Positions 1 to 10,703 are shown, numbered from the stretch's first letter. The stretch is 64,000 bases of DNA from Trueperaceae bacterium (GCA_965215565.1 CBDCDZ010000004.1:1280001-1344000), one strand, 5' to 3'. Numbers and translations: made by a program. Notes: a model not told the origin generated them from the sequence alone.

Positions 1-191
1 ACAGTCCACCAGGTCGCCCTGCCCACTTACGACCGGCTCAAGCTGCGCCGACTCGTCCAAACATCCGAAAGGACGATGCGCGACGCCTGCTACACACGCA
101 AGGCGGATAGAAGATGAGTAGAAAAGCTTCCGGCACTAAGCGAGCCCCAAACTTCAACCGTGCGGCTTTAGAGGCACAAGCCGCGAGTTTA

Positions 192-448
192 TAGCAATTA
201 ACCTAAGTACTGATTGGAATAGCGCAAGTCTCAGCCGTAGCCATCCCGCTCTCAGGCAAAGCCTAGCGGGACGGCTTCGCCTGAGAGCGGGATTTCATTC
301 TCAAATGTGCGTGCTGCTTTCTGAAAGCCCGTAGGGACGAAGTTTTCGCAAAGCGAATGACGTAGTTTGCCGTTAAGCAACGGTGTTCTACATCGTGAGA
401 GCGTCTCTTCGCATAACTTCGTTCACTCAAACCAAATGATACTTGCTA
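192..448. repeat. MITE-like dispersed repeat, copy 1 (longest, with extra hairpin inserts)
   Basis: Starts TAGCAATTAACC and ends CAAACCAAATGATACTTGCTA. Near-identical to 3106-3302 apart from inserts. Confidence 0.9.
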
Positions 449-724
449 TAATTCCCTGGGCACTAGGCTTAGGGCACGACTTCGATATCGCTGCTGGCCT
501 GCAAGCTAGCATTGACGCTTGGTACCGAGTTGAACCCCGCTTGCCTCCCTTACACGAACGTCCCGATCCCATCGACTACGCCTTCATCTCCTACCTGCAA
601 AACCTCGACAATAAGGACATCCACCGTTTCCGCCACCTTCCAGACTCGCCCGACTTCCCCACTAGATACATCGTCGGCTTCCTAAGATGGGACACGACCC
701 CGAAAGAGCGTCGACCTTACATGC

Positions 725-960
725 TCACGGCTCACCTTTACGCCTCGAGTCTGTAACCCAACACTCGTCCGGGCATAGTAGACCTGGCGCTACCGGATGA
801 CTGGGGCGCGGCGGCGCACCTGCTACGACATCACGCCAGAACGACAGGGTGAGTACAAGTTGGTCTTCTAGGCATAGAGCAGGTGGTCTACCGCTTCGCT
901 TTTTGACGTCTTCTCTGTCTCTAAGTGCTTCTCGCATCTTCTTAAATGTCTGCTTCTTGA
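725..960 (-). pseudogene. IS5-family (IS702/ISL2-like) transposase N-terminal remnant
   Basis: KKRSGRPPALCLEDQLVLTLSFWR resembles the HTH_Tnp_4 motif GRP..L..EDQL.LTL.YWR. Truncated. Confidence 0.6.
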
Positions 961-1325
961 CGCCCAGCTTGTGACCGCAGGAAATCCTTTAGGGCGCTTG
1001 AACTTAGCTGAAGACAGGCTTAGGCTCCGTTTCGTTTGCTCGCGCATCTCTACAGTTTGACACAGCTTCTCCTATTTTCGCCGGAGGTCTAATCAAATGA
1101 CGCAGCGATAAGCCGTAGCTCAACCTCAAAAAGAAGCTATGCCCCGGCTCCCCGACGTAAGGCTTGGAGCGGAAGGGTAGAACTTGCACTTCAAGAAAGA
1201 TACCTCAAGATTGAGAAGGCTCTGTTTCCAGAATTTGGTATTTGTGGTAGTATAATAATATACATGAGTTGTAACGCAACCCTAAAAAACAGCAGTTTCT
1301 TAAATACTGTACATTGACTCTAAAT

Positions 1326-2321
1326 ATGACAATGGATGACATTAGACAACCCGTACAGGGTCTCCACCACATCACCGTCATGGCGAGTGACCCGCAACGC
1401 AACATCGACTTTTACACGCAGGTCTTAGGGCAGAGGATGGTCAAGACGACGGTCAATTTTGATGACCCCGGCACCTATCACCTCTACTATGGCGACGAAG
1501 TCGGCACGCCGGGTACGATCATGACCTTTTTCCCGTGGTTACACGCGATGAGAGGTGAGGTAGGCAATGGGGAGACGACGGCGGTGGCGTATGGGATTTC
1601 GGAGGATTCGCTCGAGTATTGGCAAACTAGACTCCACGAGCACGAGGTTGACTTCGAGACCATCACACGTTTCGGCAGCGACGGACTCAGCTTTGCAGAC
1701 CCCGACGGGCTGAGGCTCGAGCTTATCACCCAAGAGGGCGCGGATGTACCGCATTGGACAAATAGCCCTGTTCCGCAAGAACACGCCTTGACCGGCTTTC
1801 ACGGCGTGACGTTGTGGCTCTCGAGCAAGGACGCCACCGAAGACCTCTTGCTGAATCACCTGGGTTTTAGCAAAGTCGGCGAAGAGGATGATGCGGAGGG
1901 AAAGCGGACACGTTATGAGGGTGACGCAGATAGTGACTCAGGCGGTGTCGGGCTCTTTATCGACGTTGTGGAGCGCCCCGGCAAGTTTTCTGGACGCTCC
2001 GGCGCGGGCACGGTGCATCACATCGCGCTGCGCACGAGGAACGATACGGAGCAGCAAGCCTATCTAGACTACTTGCGCGAGCAGGGTCAGCATGTCACGC
2101 CCGTGCAGGACAGGCAGTACTTTCACTCCATCTACTTCCACGAACCCGGCGGCGTGCTCTTCGAAATTGCCACCGACGCGCCCGGCTTTCCCGACGACGA
2201 AGCGGTAGAGCGGTTGGGAAGCGAGCTTAAACTACCCGAGTGGCTCGAGCCCCACCGCGCCCAAATCGAAGCGAAACTGCCCGAGATTCGCAATCCCGAG
2301 TATGATGAGGTGACACCGTGA
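1326..2321 (+). CDS. Ring-cleaving dioxygenase / glyoxalase (MhqO-like, two VOC domains)
   Basis: GLHHIT, KTTVNFDDPGTYHLYYGD, GTVHHIA, DRQYFHSIYF.EPGGVLFEIATD motifs. Confidence 0.93.
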   Translation: MTMDDIRQPVQGLHHITVMASDPQRNIDFYTQVLGQRMVKTTVNFDDPGTYHLYYGDEVGTPGTIMTFFPWLHAMRGEVGNGETTAVAYGISEDSLEYWQTRLHEHEVDFETITRFGSDGLSFADPDGLRLELITQEGADVPHWTNSPVPQEHALTGFHGVTLWLSSKDATEDLLLNHLGFSKVGEEDDAEGKRTRYEGDADSDSGGVGLFIDVVERPGKFSGRSGAGTVHHIALRTRNDTEQQAYLDYLREQGQHVTPVQDRQYFHSIYFHEPGGVLFEIATDAPGFPDDEAVERLGSELKLPEWLEPHRAQIEAKLPEIRNPEYDEVTP

Positions 2322-2331
2322 AGGTCATCTT

Positions 2332-2976
2332 GTGAGTCAACTTCATGAACATCAAGAGGTTGTCAGGGCGGGCAAATCTTTAGAAGAGGCGGACGCTGCC
2401 ATTATTGTGATTCATGGGCGCGGCGCTACGGCGCAGAGCATGATTCCGCTGGCGCAAGCCCTAAACGCTGAACATCTAGCCATCCTCGCGCCCCAAGCCG
2501 CCAACTACGAATGGTATCCGCAACGCTTCACCGCGCCCAAAGCGCAGAACGAACCTTATTTGACTTCGGCGCTGAGCATGCTCACGCAGCTTGTCGCTAC
2601 CGTGAACGATGCAGGGATTGCCAAAGACCGCCTTATCCTCTCGGGCTTTTCGCAGGGCGCGTGTTTAACGAGTGAATTTGCGGCGCAGAACCCAGCGCGT
2701 TACGGCGGGCTGCTCATCTTTAGCGGTGGGTTAATTGGCGACGGACCGGAAGTATACGAAGAGAAGTACGGGGGCTCCTTGGAAAGTACACCTGTCTTCA
2801 GCGGCTGTAGCGACCGCGACCCGCACATCCCTCTTACGCGCGTGCAGGAGACGACGCGGCTTTTGACCTCTTTGGGAGCGGACGTGACCGAAAAGATTTA
2901 TCCCGCGATGGGGCACACCATCAACGAGGATGAGTTGGTGCGGGCTAGAGAGGTAGTGGGACGTTTACGTCGGTGA
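2332..2976 (+). CDS. Phospholipase/carboxylesterase (MhqD-like)
   Basis: IHGRG, GFSQG nucleophile, DPH and MGH. Usual partner of the upstream dioxygenase. Confidence 0.9.
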   Translation: MSQLHEHQEVVRAGKSLEEADAAIIVIHGRGATAQSMIPLAQALNAEHLAILAPQAANYEWYPQRFTAPKAQNEPYLTSALSMLTQLVATVNDAGIAKDRLILSGFSQGACLTSEFAAQNPARYGGLLIFSGGLIGDGPEVYEEKYGGSLESTPVFSGCSDRDPHIPLTRVQETTRLLTSLGADVTEKIYPAMGHTINEDELVRAREVVGRLRR

Positions 2977-3105
2977 AGAAGCGCGTCTCTTAAATCTCGA
3001 GAATGAGAGAGAGAATAGAGAATGAGGCGTGTGACCTTCTACCTTCTCAATTTTCTCTTCTTGTCTCGCGAAGAGGTTGAACACGCATAGAGCGCATACA
3101 CACTA

Positions 3106-3302
3106 TAGCAATTAACCTAAGTATTGATTGGAATAGCGCAAGTCTCAGCCTGCTAAGGCTAGCGGGATTTCATTCTCAAATGTGCGTGCTGCTTTCTGAA
3201 AGCCCGCAGGGACGAAGTTTTCGCAAAGCGAATGACGTAGTTTGCCGTTAGGCAACGGTGTTCTACATCGTGAGAGCGTCTCAAACCAAATGATACTTGC
3301 TA
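3106..3302. repeat. MITE-like dispersed repeat, copy 2
   Basis: TATAGCAA...TTGCTATA ends. Body shared with 192-448. Confidence 0.9.
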
Positions 3303-3316
3303 TATAATCTACAACG

Positions 3317-3766
3317 ATGCCGCCTTTCTCCACCAAGCTCGAGGACCAACTCTGCTTCGCGCTCTACACCACTTCAAACGCGCTCACAAGGTTTTACCGC
3401 CCGCACCTCGAGAGGTTGGGCCTCACCTATCCGCAGTACCTGGTGATGCTCGCACTCTGGGACGAGGACAACCGCATAGTCAAAGATTTAGGAGCGCGGC
3501 TCGGGCTCGATTCGGGGACGATGACGCCGCTGCTCAAACGCTTAGAAGGTGCTGGGCTCGTGCGCCGAGCGCGCGACGCGCAAGACGAGCGGCGCGTGAT
3601 GATTTCGCTGAGCGCACAAGGCAGCGCCCTAGCCGCGCAAGCTGCCGACTTGCCGACGACGATTGCTAAGGCGACGGGTCTGTCTACCGCTGAGATTGGA
3701 GCACTCGTCGAACAGTTGGAAACAGTGCGGCGCAACCTAAAGGTCGCCATATCTGACGAAGATTAA
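3317..3766 (+). CDS. MarR-family regulator (OhrR-like)
   Basis: LEDQLCFALY with the sensing Cys, LTYPQYLVM, LDSGTMTPLLKRLE, DERRV. Confidence 0.92.
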   Translation: MPPFSTKLEDQLCFALYTTSNALTRFYRPHLERLGLTYPQYLVMLALWDEDNRIVKDLGARLGLDSGTMTPLLKRLEGAGLVRRARDAQDERRVMISLSAQGSALAAQAADLPTTIAKATGLSTAEIGALVEQLETVRRNLKVAISDED

Positions 3767-3889
3767 AGCCTCTAGCGAAAGGTTGTGCACAAGTTAATTG
3801 TTCGCCAAACCAATGTTTGAAAGGTGGAGGCTGGGTATAAAAGGTCTACGTTCTTACATATGAAGAACCCAATTTCCGAGGAGGAATTC

Positions 3890-4720
3890 ATGCCCTATAT
3901 TCAAGTTGCCACCGAACGAGACCACCCCGTCAACGTCTACTTCCAAGATTACGGCGAAGGCCCGCCCGTCGTGCTCATTCACGGCTGGCCCCTCAGCCAC
4001 CGCATGTGGGAGTACCAGATCAACGCGCTGACCGAGGCGGGCTACCGCTGCGTCGCGCTCGATAGGCGCGGTTTCGGCGAATCGGACAAGCCCTGGGGCG
4101 GCTACGACTACGACACGATGGCGAACGACGTGCATGAAATGATCAAAGCGCTAGACCTGCAAGACGCAACCCTAGCGGGCTTCTCGATGGGCGGCGGCGA
4201 GGTGGCGCGTTACTTTGGTCAGTTCGGCGCGGACCGGGTTTCTAAAGCGATGCTAATTAGCGCGGTGACGCCCTACATGCTCCAGACGGACGACAACCCT
4301 GACGGCGTACCGCAAGAGGTATTCGACGAGTTCATGGAAAACGTCAAGAAAGACCGGATTGCCTTTTTGGACACCTTCGGCAAGCAGTTCGTCAACTATG
4401 ACGATGGCGACTCCATCAGTGACGACTTGCTTCACTACAACAAGATGATCGCCGCGTTCTGCTCGCCTAGAGCGATGCAGCGCTGCATCACCGCGTTCGG
4501 CACCACGGACTTTCGCCCCGACATGGAGAAGATCACGGTGCCGACGCTGATTGTTCACGGCGACGCCGATGAGATCGTCCCGATCGGTGTGAGCGCGAAG
4601 CAAGCTGCCGAGATGATCTCCAACAGCCGCTTAGAGGTCATCGAGGGTGCACCGCACGGGCTTCAGTACACGCATACCGAGAAGCTCAACGAGTTGATGT
4701 TGGACTTTTTGCGCTCTTAA
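3890..4720 (+). CDS. Alpha/beta hydrolase, non-heme haloperoxidase/arylesterase family
   Basis: LIHGWP, DRRGFG, GFSMGGGEV, HGDADEIVP, GAPHG. RBS GAGGAGG before ATG 3890. Confidence 0.92.
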   Translation: MPYIQVATERDHPVNVYFQDYGEGPPVVLIHGWPLSHRMWEYQINALTEAGYRCVALDRRGFGESDKPWGGYDYDTMANDVHEMIKALDLQDATLAGFSMGGGEVARYFGQFGADRVSKAMLISAVTPYMLQTDDNPDGVPQEVFDEFMENVKKDRIAFLDTFGKQFVNYDDGDSISDDLLHYNKMIAAFCSPRAMQRCITAFGTTDFRPDMEKITVPTLIVHGDADEIVPIGVSAKQAAEMISNSRLEVIEGAPHGLQYTHTEKLNELMLDFLRS

Positions 4721-4735
4721 AAATAGCGTTGTGTC

Positions 4736-4772
4736 AAGGAGCGAGGGATAGCTTATCCCTCGCTCCTTTTTA
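4736..4772 (+). terminator. Intrinsic terminator
   Basis: AAGGAGCGAGGGATA-gct-TATCCCTCGCTCCTT stem followed by a T run, after the hydrolase stop. Confidence 0.85.
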
Positions 4773-4881
4773 TCTTTTAAGCTCGAGCCATGCTCCAAAC
4801 CTACTCTGAAAAGTCTCTTGCATTTAGAGTATCTTATACTGGTAGACCCCGCTGAAAAAGTCACAGAAGGAGGCAAATGTT

Positions 4882-4909
4882 GTAGGGGTGATTCATGAAT
4901 CACCCCTAC
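4882..4909. repeat. Perfect 28-bp GTAG-type palindrome (REP-like)
   Basis: GTAGGGGTGATTCATGAATCACCCCTAC is its own reverse complement. Confidence 0.6.
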
Positions 4910-5248
4910 GCCGCGCACTCCCTCGCTAAGAAAAATGATTGCGACTTTTCTAAGGTGGTGGGGCAGTGTTACCCATTACAAATGAGAAAAATATCACTGC
5001 AAAGGAGGCAACGTTGTATATGAGAGCGTTTCTATTCGTACCGAACGTACCTCGTGCACACCCTGTCAAAACGCAACCCCTCGGTCACAAATAGCGTCTT
5101 CTTCATTCAGCATGTATAGAATAAGGTTCTGTTCGCTCTCTTCCTCGCACTCTTGCTACGCAAATTCTTCACGTAAAATGAACGCGCTACGCTCCGAGGA
5201 AGCTTTCGGCACACTGACACGACTCTCGAAAAAACGAAAGGGATACCC

Positions 5249-6007
5249 ATGAAAAGCACCGCCCTCGCCCTTCTCTCCGCCGCTTGCCTCCTACTCAGCG
5301 CTTGCGACGCCCGGACCGAATCCGAAGTGACGGTAGAGACGGGCGCGTCCGCCTCGGCAGATAACCTCAGCACCGAAACGCGCGACGTCAGAGACTTTAA
5401 CCGCGTGCGCTTAGAGACCTTGGGTGACCTGAATATCACACAAGGTGATGAGGTCAACGTGGTGCTCGAGCTGTCTCCCAAATACGAGGGCGTCATCGAG
5501 ACCGAGGTGCAGGGCGACACCCTCGTCATCAGCAGTAACCGGCGCAACATGACCCAAATCAACCGTGACGTGCTGCGCTACGACATCACCATGCCGGAGC
5601 TTGAAGCGGTGACGCTAGACGGCTCGGGCGATATGAACGTGGGCAGCTTCAGCGCAGAAGATATCCTCTTAGCGGTAGACGGCTCGGGCGACATCGTAGC
5701 GGAGGACTTGCAGGTGGAGAGGCTCGAGCTAGCCATTAGCGGCTCGGGCGACGCACGTTTAGCGGGGCGCACGGACACCTTTATAGCCGGCATCGACGGC
5801 TCCGGCGAGATAGACGCCCAGGGTCTCCAGGCGCAGGAGGTCAGGCTCGGCATTTCGGGCGCGGGCGAGGCGGAGGTTTGCGCGCTCGTGGCGCTGGACG
5901 TCAGCGTGTCGGGCAGCGGCGACATCACCTACTACGGCGAACCGAGCGAGCCGAGCGTCGACATCTCGGGCGCGGGCAATGTAGAGGCGGGCGGCGACTG
6001 CCCGTGA
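5249..6007 (+). CDS. Lipoprotein with head GIN (DUF2807) beta-helix domain
   Basis: Lipobox LLSAC and repeated xGSGD/SGAG units. Confidence 0.85.
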   Translation: MKSTALALLSAACLLLSACDARTESEVTVETGASASADNLSTETRDVRDFNRVRLETLGDLNITQGDEVNVVLELSPKYEGVIETEVQGDTLVISSNRRNMTQINRDVLRYDITMPELEAVTLDGSGDMNVGSFSAEDILLAVDGSGDIVAEDLQVERLELAISGSGDARLAGRTDTFIAGIDGSGEIDAQGLQAQEVRLGISGAGEAEVCALVALDVSVSGSGDITYYGEPSEPSVDISGAGNVEAGGDCP

Positions 6008-7191
6008 GCGACGCCGCGCAAGCCGCGCCGAGCCGTGCGCCCTCCACCCTCATCGCCCCGACGCAGCAAAAAGACCGCATCATCACCTTAGACGCTCTGC
6101 GCGGCTTCGCGCTTCTGGGTGTGCTCATTACGAACATGCTCCAAGGCTATTCGTTTGTCAATACGCGAGTGGATGAGATAGTCGCCACGCTCATTCGCGC
6201 TTTCGCCGAGGGGAGTTTCTTCCCGATGTTCTCCTTTTTATTCGGGCTCGGCTTCGCGCTGCAACTGCGCAAGGGTGAGGCTGCGTTGCCGCGCTTTCGG
6301 CGGCGCTTGACCGTCCTCTTAGGCATCGGTCTCATCCACCTGCTGCTCATCTGGTCAGGCGACATCTTGTTTATGTACGCGGTCTTGGGCTTCGTGCTGA
6401 TCCTCTTTCGCAACAAGAGTGAGCGCACGCTCGTCATCACTGCGTTGACGCTGTGGCTCGGTATGACGAGCGTCCTTTCGTTTCTCGGCGGCGACGACCT
6501 CTTACCGGCGGCGAAGCCTGCCGAGGGTATCGCGCCCGTAGGCGACACCTACCTCTCGGCGGTCGTGGGCAGGTTGGAATTTTTTCCCATCAATCTCCTC
6601 AACCTCTTTTTCACCGGTCTCATCGTCCTCGCGCTCTTCATCTTAGGCTACCTCATCGGGTGTAGAGGTGTGCGGGACGTGCTCTCAAACAAGCGGTTTC
6701 TACGCCGCGTTCTCCTTATTTCGCTTCTCATTGCCGCGCCCTTTACGCTCTGGTTCTTAGGAGCGATTCCCATCTTCGAAGGGGCGAGTTGGCTGTATGG
6801 GCTCGAGTACCTCTTCGCCGGCCCCTTCATCGCCTTCGCCTACCTCGCAGGCTTGTCGCTCTACGCGAAACCTCTTGACACCTTCTTGAGACCCTTCGTC
6901 CCCGTCGGGCAGATGGCTTTGAGCAACTACCTCGGGCAGTCTTTAATTTGCACGACACTCTTCTACCCTTACGCTTTTAACCTCTGGGGTTTGGGCGCAG
7001 CCGCGACCTTGCCTATCAGCTTAGCGATTTTTGGCTTTCAGATTATTTTCAGCGCGTGGTGGCTGAGGCGCTACCGCTTCGGCCCGGCGGAGTGGGTGTG
7101 GCGAAGCCTGACGTACGGGAAAGTACAACCGCTCCGCCGGAGCGCGGACAATATACAAAAGGTCAAGTCTCACAAAAACAAAACCACCTGA
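6004..7191 (+). CDS. DUF418 (YeiB-like) membrane protein
   Basis: RIITLDALRGFALLG, FSFLFG, GDIL..YA, GQMALSNYL.QS, GPAEWVWR. GTG 6004 overlaps the upstream stop. Confidence 0.9.
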   Translation: MSDAAQAAPSRAPSTLIAPTQQKDRIITLDALRGFALLGVLITNMLQGYSFVNTRVDEIVATLIRAFAEGSFFPMFSFLFGLGFALQLRKGEAALPRFRRRLTVLLGIGLIHLLLIWSGDILFMYAVLGFVLILFRNKSERTLVITALTLWLGMTSVLSFLGGDDLLPAAKPAEGIAPVGDTYLSAVVGRLEFFPINLLNLFFTGLIVLALFILGYLIGCRGVRDVLSNKRFLRRVLLISLLIAAPFTLWFLGAIPIFEGASWLYGLEYLFAGPFIAFAYLAGLSLYAKPLDTFLRPFVPVGQMALSNYLGQSLICTTLFYPYAFNLWGLGAAATLPISLAIFGFQIIFSAWWLRRYRFGPAEWVWRSLTYGKVQPLRRSADNIQKVKSHKNKTT

Positions 7192-7494
7192 GCACATTTC
7201 AGGATCGAAGTAAGGTCAACAGCAGCGTTTGAGACTGCGAAACGCGCCCATCAGCCATTGTAGTTATCTCTACAGGGTTACTCCGCTCAGATTAAACGGA
7301 TTTCAACGCTTAATATCTTAAATGTCTATTGCGGTAGCTTATTGCGAATTTGACGTAACCTTGCGAAGGGAAGGTAACCAAACATATGATTTTCATGATA
7401 TAAACGTGAGAAACTTCACTTTGTTTCACATGAATATCTATGTCACTCTTGAACGTGCTGTTGCAAAATCCCAATCTATCCAGGAGGATCGTCG

Positions 7495-9333
7495 ATGACG
7501 AAGCACTATCTCATTCACAGTCTACTCGTCTGCGCGCTGCTACTACTCACAGCCTGCGGTACCCCAGATTCCACAGAAACGCCTGAGACACCCTCGAACG
7601 AAGCTATCGTAGGGTTTGAAGAGCAAGAGGTCGTCTGGGAAGCGTGCGACCCGAGCATCTTCTTGGAAGACTGGCGCGAACTGCTCGCTACGCTGGGTGA
7701 TCGCCTTGAATGCGCTACGCTTAGCACCCCCCTGGATTGGGGCGAGCCCGAGCTAGACACGATCAATCTAGGCGTGCTGCGCGTCCGCGCAGGCAACGAC
7801 GCGGAGCGTAAAGGGGCTATTTTCCTCAATCCGGGTGGGCCAGGAGGGGACGGGCTCGAGGTCGGCGCGATCTTCGGACTTATCTTCGCCAGTAGCGATC
7901 TCGCGAGCGAGATAACTGCCGCATCGGACCTTTTGACTCAAGTCTCCGAGCAGTATGACGTGATAGGCTTCTCGCCGCGCGGCGTCGGCGGCTCCTTTCA
8001 GCTCTTTTGCGGCAGCAATGAACAGTATGTGGACGCCAACTTTTACACTGACCGTTCCGACGAAAACGTCCAAGCTCTCTTAGCTGGTGCGAAGCAAGAA
8101 GCTGACGCTTGCCTCAACACGCCGCTCTACAAGCACATTAGCACTGAACAGACGGCGCGAGATATGGACCTTATTCGTCAGGTGTTGGGTGACGACAAGC
8201 TCAACTACTTGGGTTACTCTTACGGCACTTGGTTGGGCTCTTGGTACGCCAAGCTCTTCCCTGAGCACGCAGGCAACATGGTTTTAGATGCAAACTTAGA
8301 TTTTTCTGCGGGCTGGCCCGAGGCGGAGCAGTTGGATTTTTTGGGATTCCAGCGTGCGTTCGAGGACGTAGCACTCGCCTACGCCGCCCGCAACGACGCG
8401 CTTTTCGAACTCGGCGCGACTCAAGAGGAAGTTTATGCGGTTTACGAGGGTCTACCTACAGAGATGAAAGAGGCGCTAAACGATATCGGTCTCATCAGTA
8501 CCCTCTACAGCTCGCAGCGTGTTCAAGAAACCGCAGCGAGTCTCATCGCGGCTGAGGGCGTGAGCACCGTGCTCAGCAGTCTCGAGACGTCCCCATCACC
8601 CGACGCGCCTGAGACCTACGGTGCGTTTTTAGAGGCGGTGGCAGCGTACACATATGTTAGCGACGAAGCGCTCAACGAGGAGGTCGTGAATCTCGCAGTC
8701 TCCCTGGCTGAGGTTTACCTCTTCTATCTGGACCCACCGCCCGAGCCTATCACGTTACTACCCGGCCACGCCGTTCTTCACGCGGTACATTGCAATGAGA
8801 GTGATTATAACAATGACCCTAACTACTGGATTCAGCAAGGCGATCAGTTGAACCAGCAGTATCCTCTTTTAGGTGGGAGAATCACTTTCCAAGTCTGTGC
8901 TTACTGGGATGAGCCCAACGCTCAAATGCCCGACGTGCCCGAGAACATACCCCCCGTTCTGATGGTGCAGACGGGGTTCGACGCCGCAACAGCTGTCGAG
9001 GGTGCGCGTAGAGGCTTTGAGTCGCTACCGAACGCGAAGCTTATCTACGTCGAAAATGAGATGACACACGCCATCTTTCCTTACAACACACCTTGTGTAG
9101 ATGAAAAAGTGGCCGCCTACCTGCTCGACGGCACCTTGCCGGAAGAGGATATCTCGAGCTGCGACGCTAAACCCCTCCCCGGCGAAGACCAAGTCTACCC
9201 GCCGGGCGGCGTGCCAAGCTTCGGCACGCAGAGCTTGAGCACGCAGGCAGCGGAGACATTCGAACCCAACCCACTCTACGACCTCGTCCATGAGATGATC
9301 CGCGAAAACGCCGCCGACTTCTTTGGTCACTAG
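7495..9333 (+). CDS. Lipoprotein tripeptidyl-peptidase-like alpha/beta hydrolase (TAP family)
   Basis: Lipobox LTAC, NPGGPG, PRGVG, ARDMD, GYSYGT, C-terminal TAP-like region. RBS AGGAGG. Confidence 0.88.
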   Translation: MTKHYLIHSLLVCALLLLTACGTPDSTETPETPSNEAIVGFEEQEVVWEACDPSIFLEDWRELLATLGDRLECATLSTPLDWGEPELDTINLGVLRVRAGNDAERKGAIFLNPGGPGGDGLEVGAIFGLIFASSDLASEITAASDLLTQVSEQYDVIGFSPRGVGGSFQLFCGSNEQYVDANFYTDRSDENVQALLAGAKQEADACLNTPLYKHISTEQTARDMDLIRQVLGDDKLNYLGYSYGTWLGSWYAKLFPEHAGNMVLDANLDFSAGWPEAEQLDFLGFQRAFEDVALAYAARNDALFELGATQEEVYAVYEGLPTEMKEALNDIGLISTLYSSQRVQETAASLIAAEGVSTVLSSLETSPSPDAPETYGAFLEAVAAYTYVSDEALNEEVVNLAVSLAEVYLFYLDPPPEPITLLPGHAVLHAVHCNESDYNNDPNYWIQQGDQLNQQYPLLGGRITFQVCAYWDEPNAQMPDVPENIPPVLMVQTGFDAATAVEGARRGFESLPNAKLIYVENEMTHAIFPYNTPCVDEKVAAYLLDGTLPEEDISSCDAKPLPGEDQVYPPGGVPSFGTQSLSTQAAETFEPNPLYDLVHEMIRENAADFFGH

Positions 9334-9348
9334 AACTTAGAAGTTGAT

Positions 9349-9382
9349 GAAGGGGCGCTCAGCAGTTTAGGGCGTCCCTTTC
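9349..9382 (+). terminator. Probable terminator hairpin
   Basis: AAGGGGCGCTC...GGGCGTCCCTTT directly after the stop. Confidence 0.55.
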
Positions 9383-9433
9383 ACGTCCGCGTTCTAACGT
9401 GAGACGTACCTCGGCGTACGTAGGAGTGTCATC

Positions 9434-9988
9434 TTGAAACGTATGAATTTGTTACTTATCCTCGCTATTGCTGCCTGCGCGCCCAGCATACAGGAGCGTG
9501 CGGAACCAGAGGGGACGGCGCAAATGCCCGCGCCTCAAGTCACTGAATTCAAAACACAACTCCTCGGCAACACCCTAAGCGTGCCTGGCACAAAGAGCAC
9601 CGTCGCCATAGACACGCCTTTTTTACAGGGCGAGCTGGCTCCTTTTGAAGCAGGGCAAGACAAGGGCACGGTGCGCCTCTTGTCACAGGGTATGCGCGTG
9701 AGACAAGGTGAACAGGCGTTCCTGGTCTTACCTGTCGAAATTTTGCGCGTATCCGGGGCGGGTGGACTCTACCTCATGCTTTTAGAGGAGGTAGGCGAAA
9801 CCTACACGCAGCGTGACGCTGAGCGTTTAGGTCAGCGGGTGAGCTTGCTCAGGTTAGAACTCGAGAACAACCTCATCACCGCCACCACCGTCGATTCGCG
9901 TCTCGGCAAAGCGCCTGACTTCGAGGTGACGCGGGGCGGCGTCAAGCGCTTTGAACTGCGGGAGGGTGAGTTGGTGGAGTCGAGCTAA
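9434..9988 (+). CDS. Hypothetical lipoprotein
   Basis: Signal peptide with AACA lipobox. RBS AGGAG. Confidence 0.65.
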   Translation: MKRMNLLLILAIAACAPSIQERAEPEGTAQMPAPQVTEFKTQLLGNTLSVPGTKSTVAIDTPFLQGELAPFEAGQDKGTVRLLSQGMRVRQGEQAFLVLPVEILRVSGAGGLYLMLLEEVGETYTQRDAERLGQRVSLLRLELENNLITATTVDSRLGKAPDFEVTRGGVKRFELREGELVESS

Positions 9989-10221
9989 GCGTCGTAGAAC
10001 CTTGTAAGAGCTACGCGCGAGCGTCCTCAACAGCGTTTCTCACCCCCAACAGCGGTAGGTTGAGTCGGTGTAGAGGGTGGGGACGGAGCGCTCGAGCCCC
10101 CTCTCAATCTCATCTCTCGAACCTTGTTTATAGCGAAGTTTATAGCGAACGAGAGCCGCGAATGAAACACCTCATAGACGCCCCCCTCCATATCCTCTAC
10201 CATGCGCGCTAGGAGGCAATT

Positions 10222-10575
10222 TTGAAGCGTCTAATCTCTCTACTCGCTCTCACGAGCACCCTCATTTTGAGCGCCTGCGATCCGGCTGTCCGGGTTGAAA
10301 ATAACGTTTTACCCACTCTCTACTCGACCAGCGTACCGCAGACCCAAGGCGAGCCCTTGGTCTTGCAGGGGCGCTACTTCGGCGGCGGTCAAAATAGCGA
10401 GAGCTACGTCATCTTGGGAGCCGACATCAGCGGTCAGGGCGGCGTCACCGTCAGACCTGACGACTGGAACGCCAAGCGCATCCGCGTCGACGTGCCCGAG
10501 GGCGCGGGTCCGGGTTACGTGTTCGTCGTCGCGAACGGCACCCGCAGCAACGGTCTACCTGCAAACCTTCGCTGA
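10222..10575 (+). CDS. Small lipoprotein, IPT/TIG-like domain
   Basis: Lipobox LSAC, L.G.YFG, W....I...VP..A..G.V.V...G..SN pattern. RBS AGGAGG. Confidence 0.75.
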   Translation: MKRLISLLALTSTLILSACDPAVRVENNVLPTLYSTSVPQTQGEPLVLQGRYFGGGQNSESYVILGADISGQGGVTVRPDDWNAKRIRVDVPEGAGPGYVFVVANGTRSNGLPANLR

Positions 10576-10703
10576 GCCGAAGACGAGACAATATGTAACG
10601 TTGAAGAGGTGGTCCAACCACCTCTTCTCTCTTTGATTTGCGCAGCTTTCGCGTAGCGAATGACAACGTTTTTGCTGCAAGCAAAACGGACTCGAGCGGT
10701 GTA

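Noticed and set aside
367..756. 129-aa ORF as a complete gene
   Set aside because: Its first ~27 codons lie inside the MITE. The rest may be a gene fragment but has no recognisable motif.
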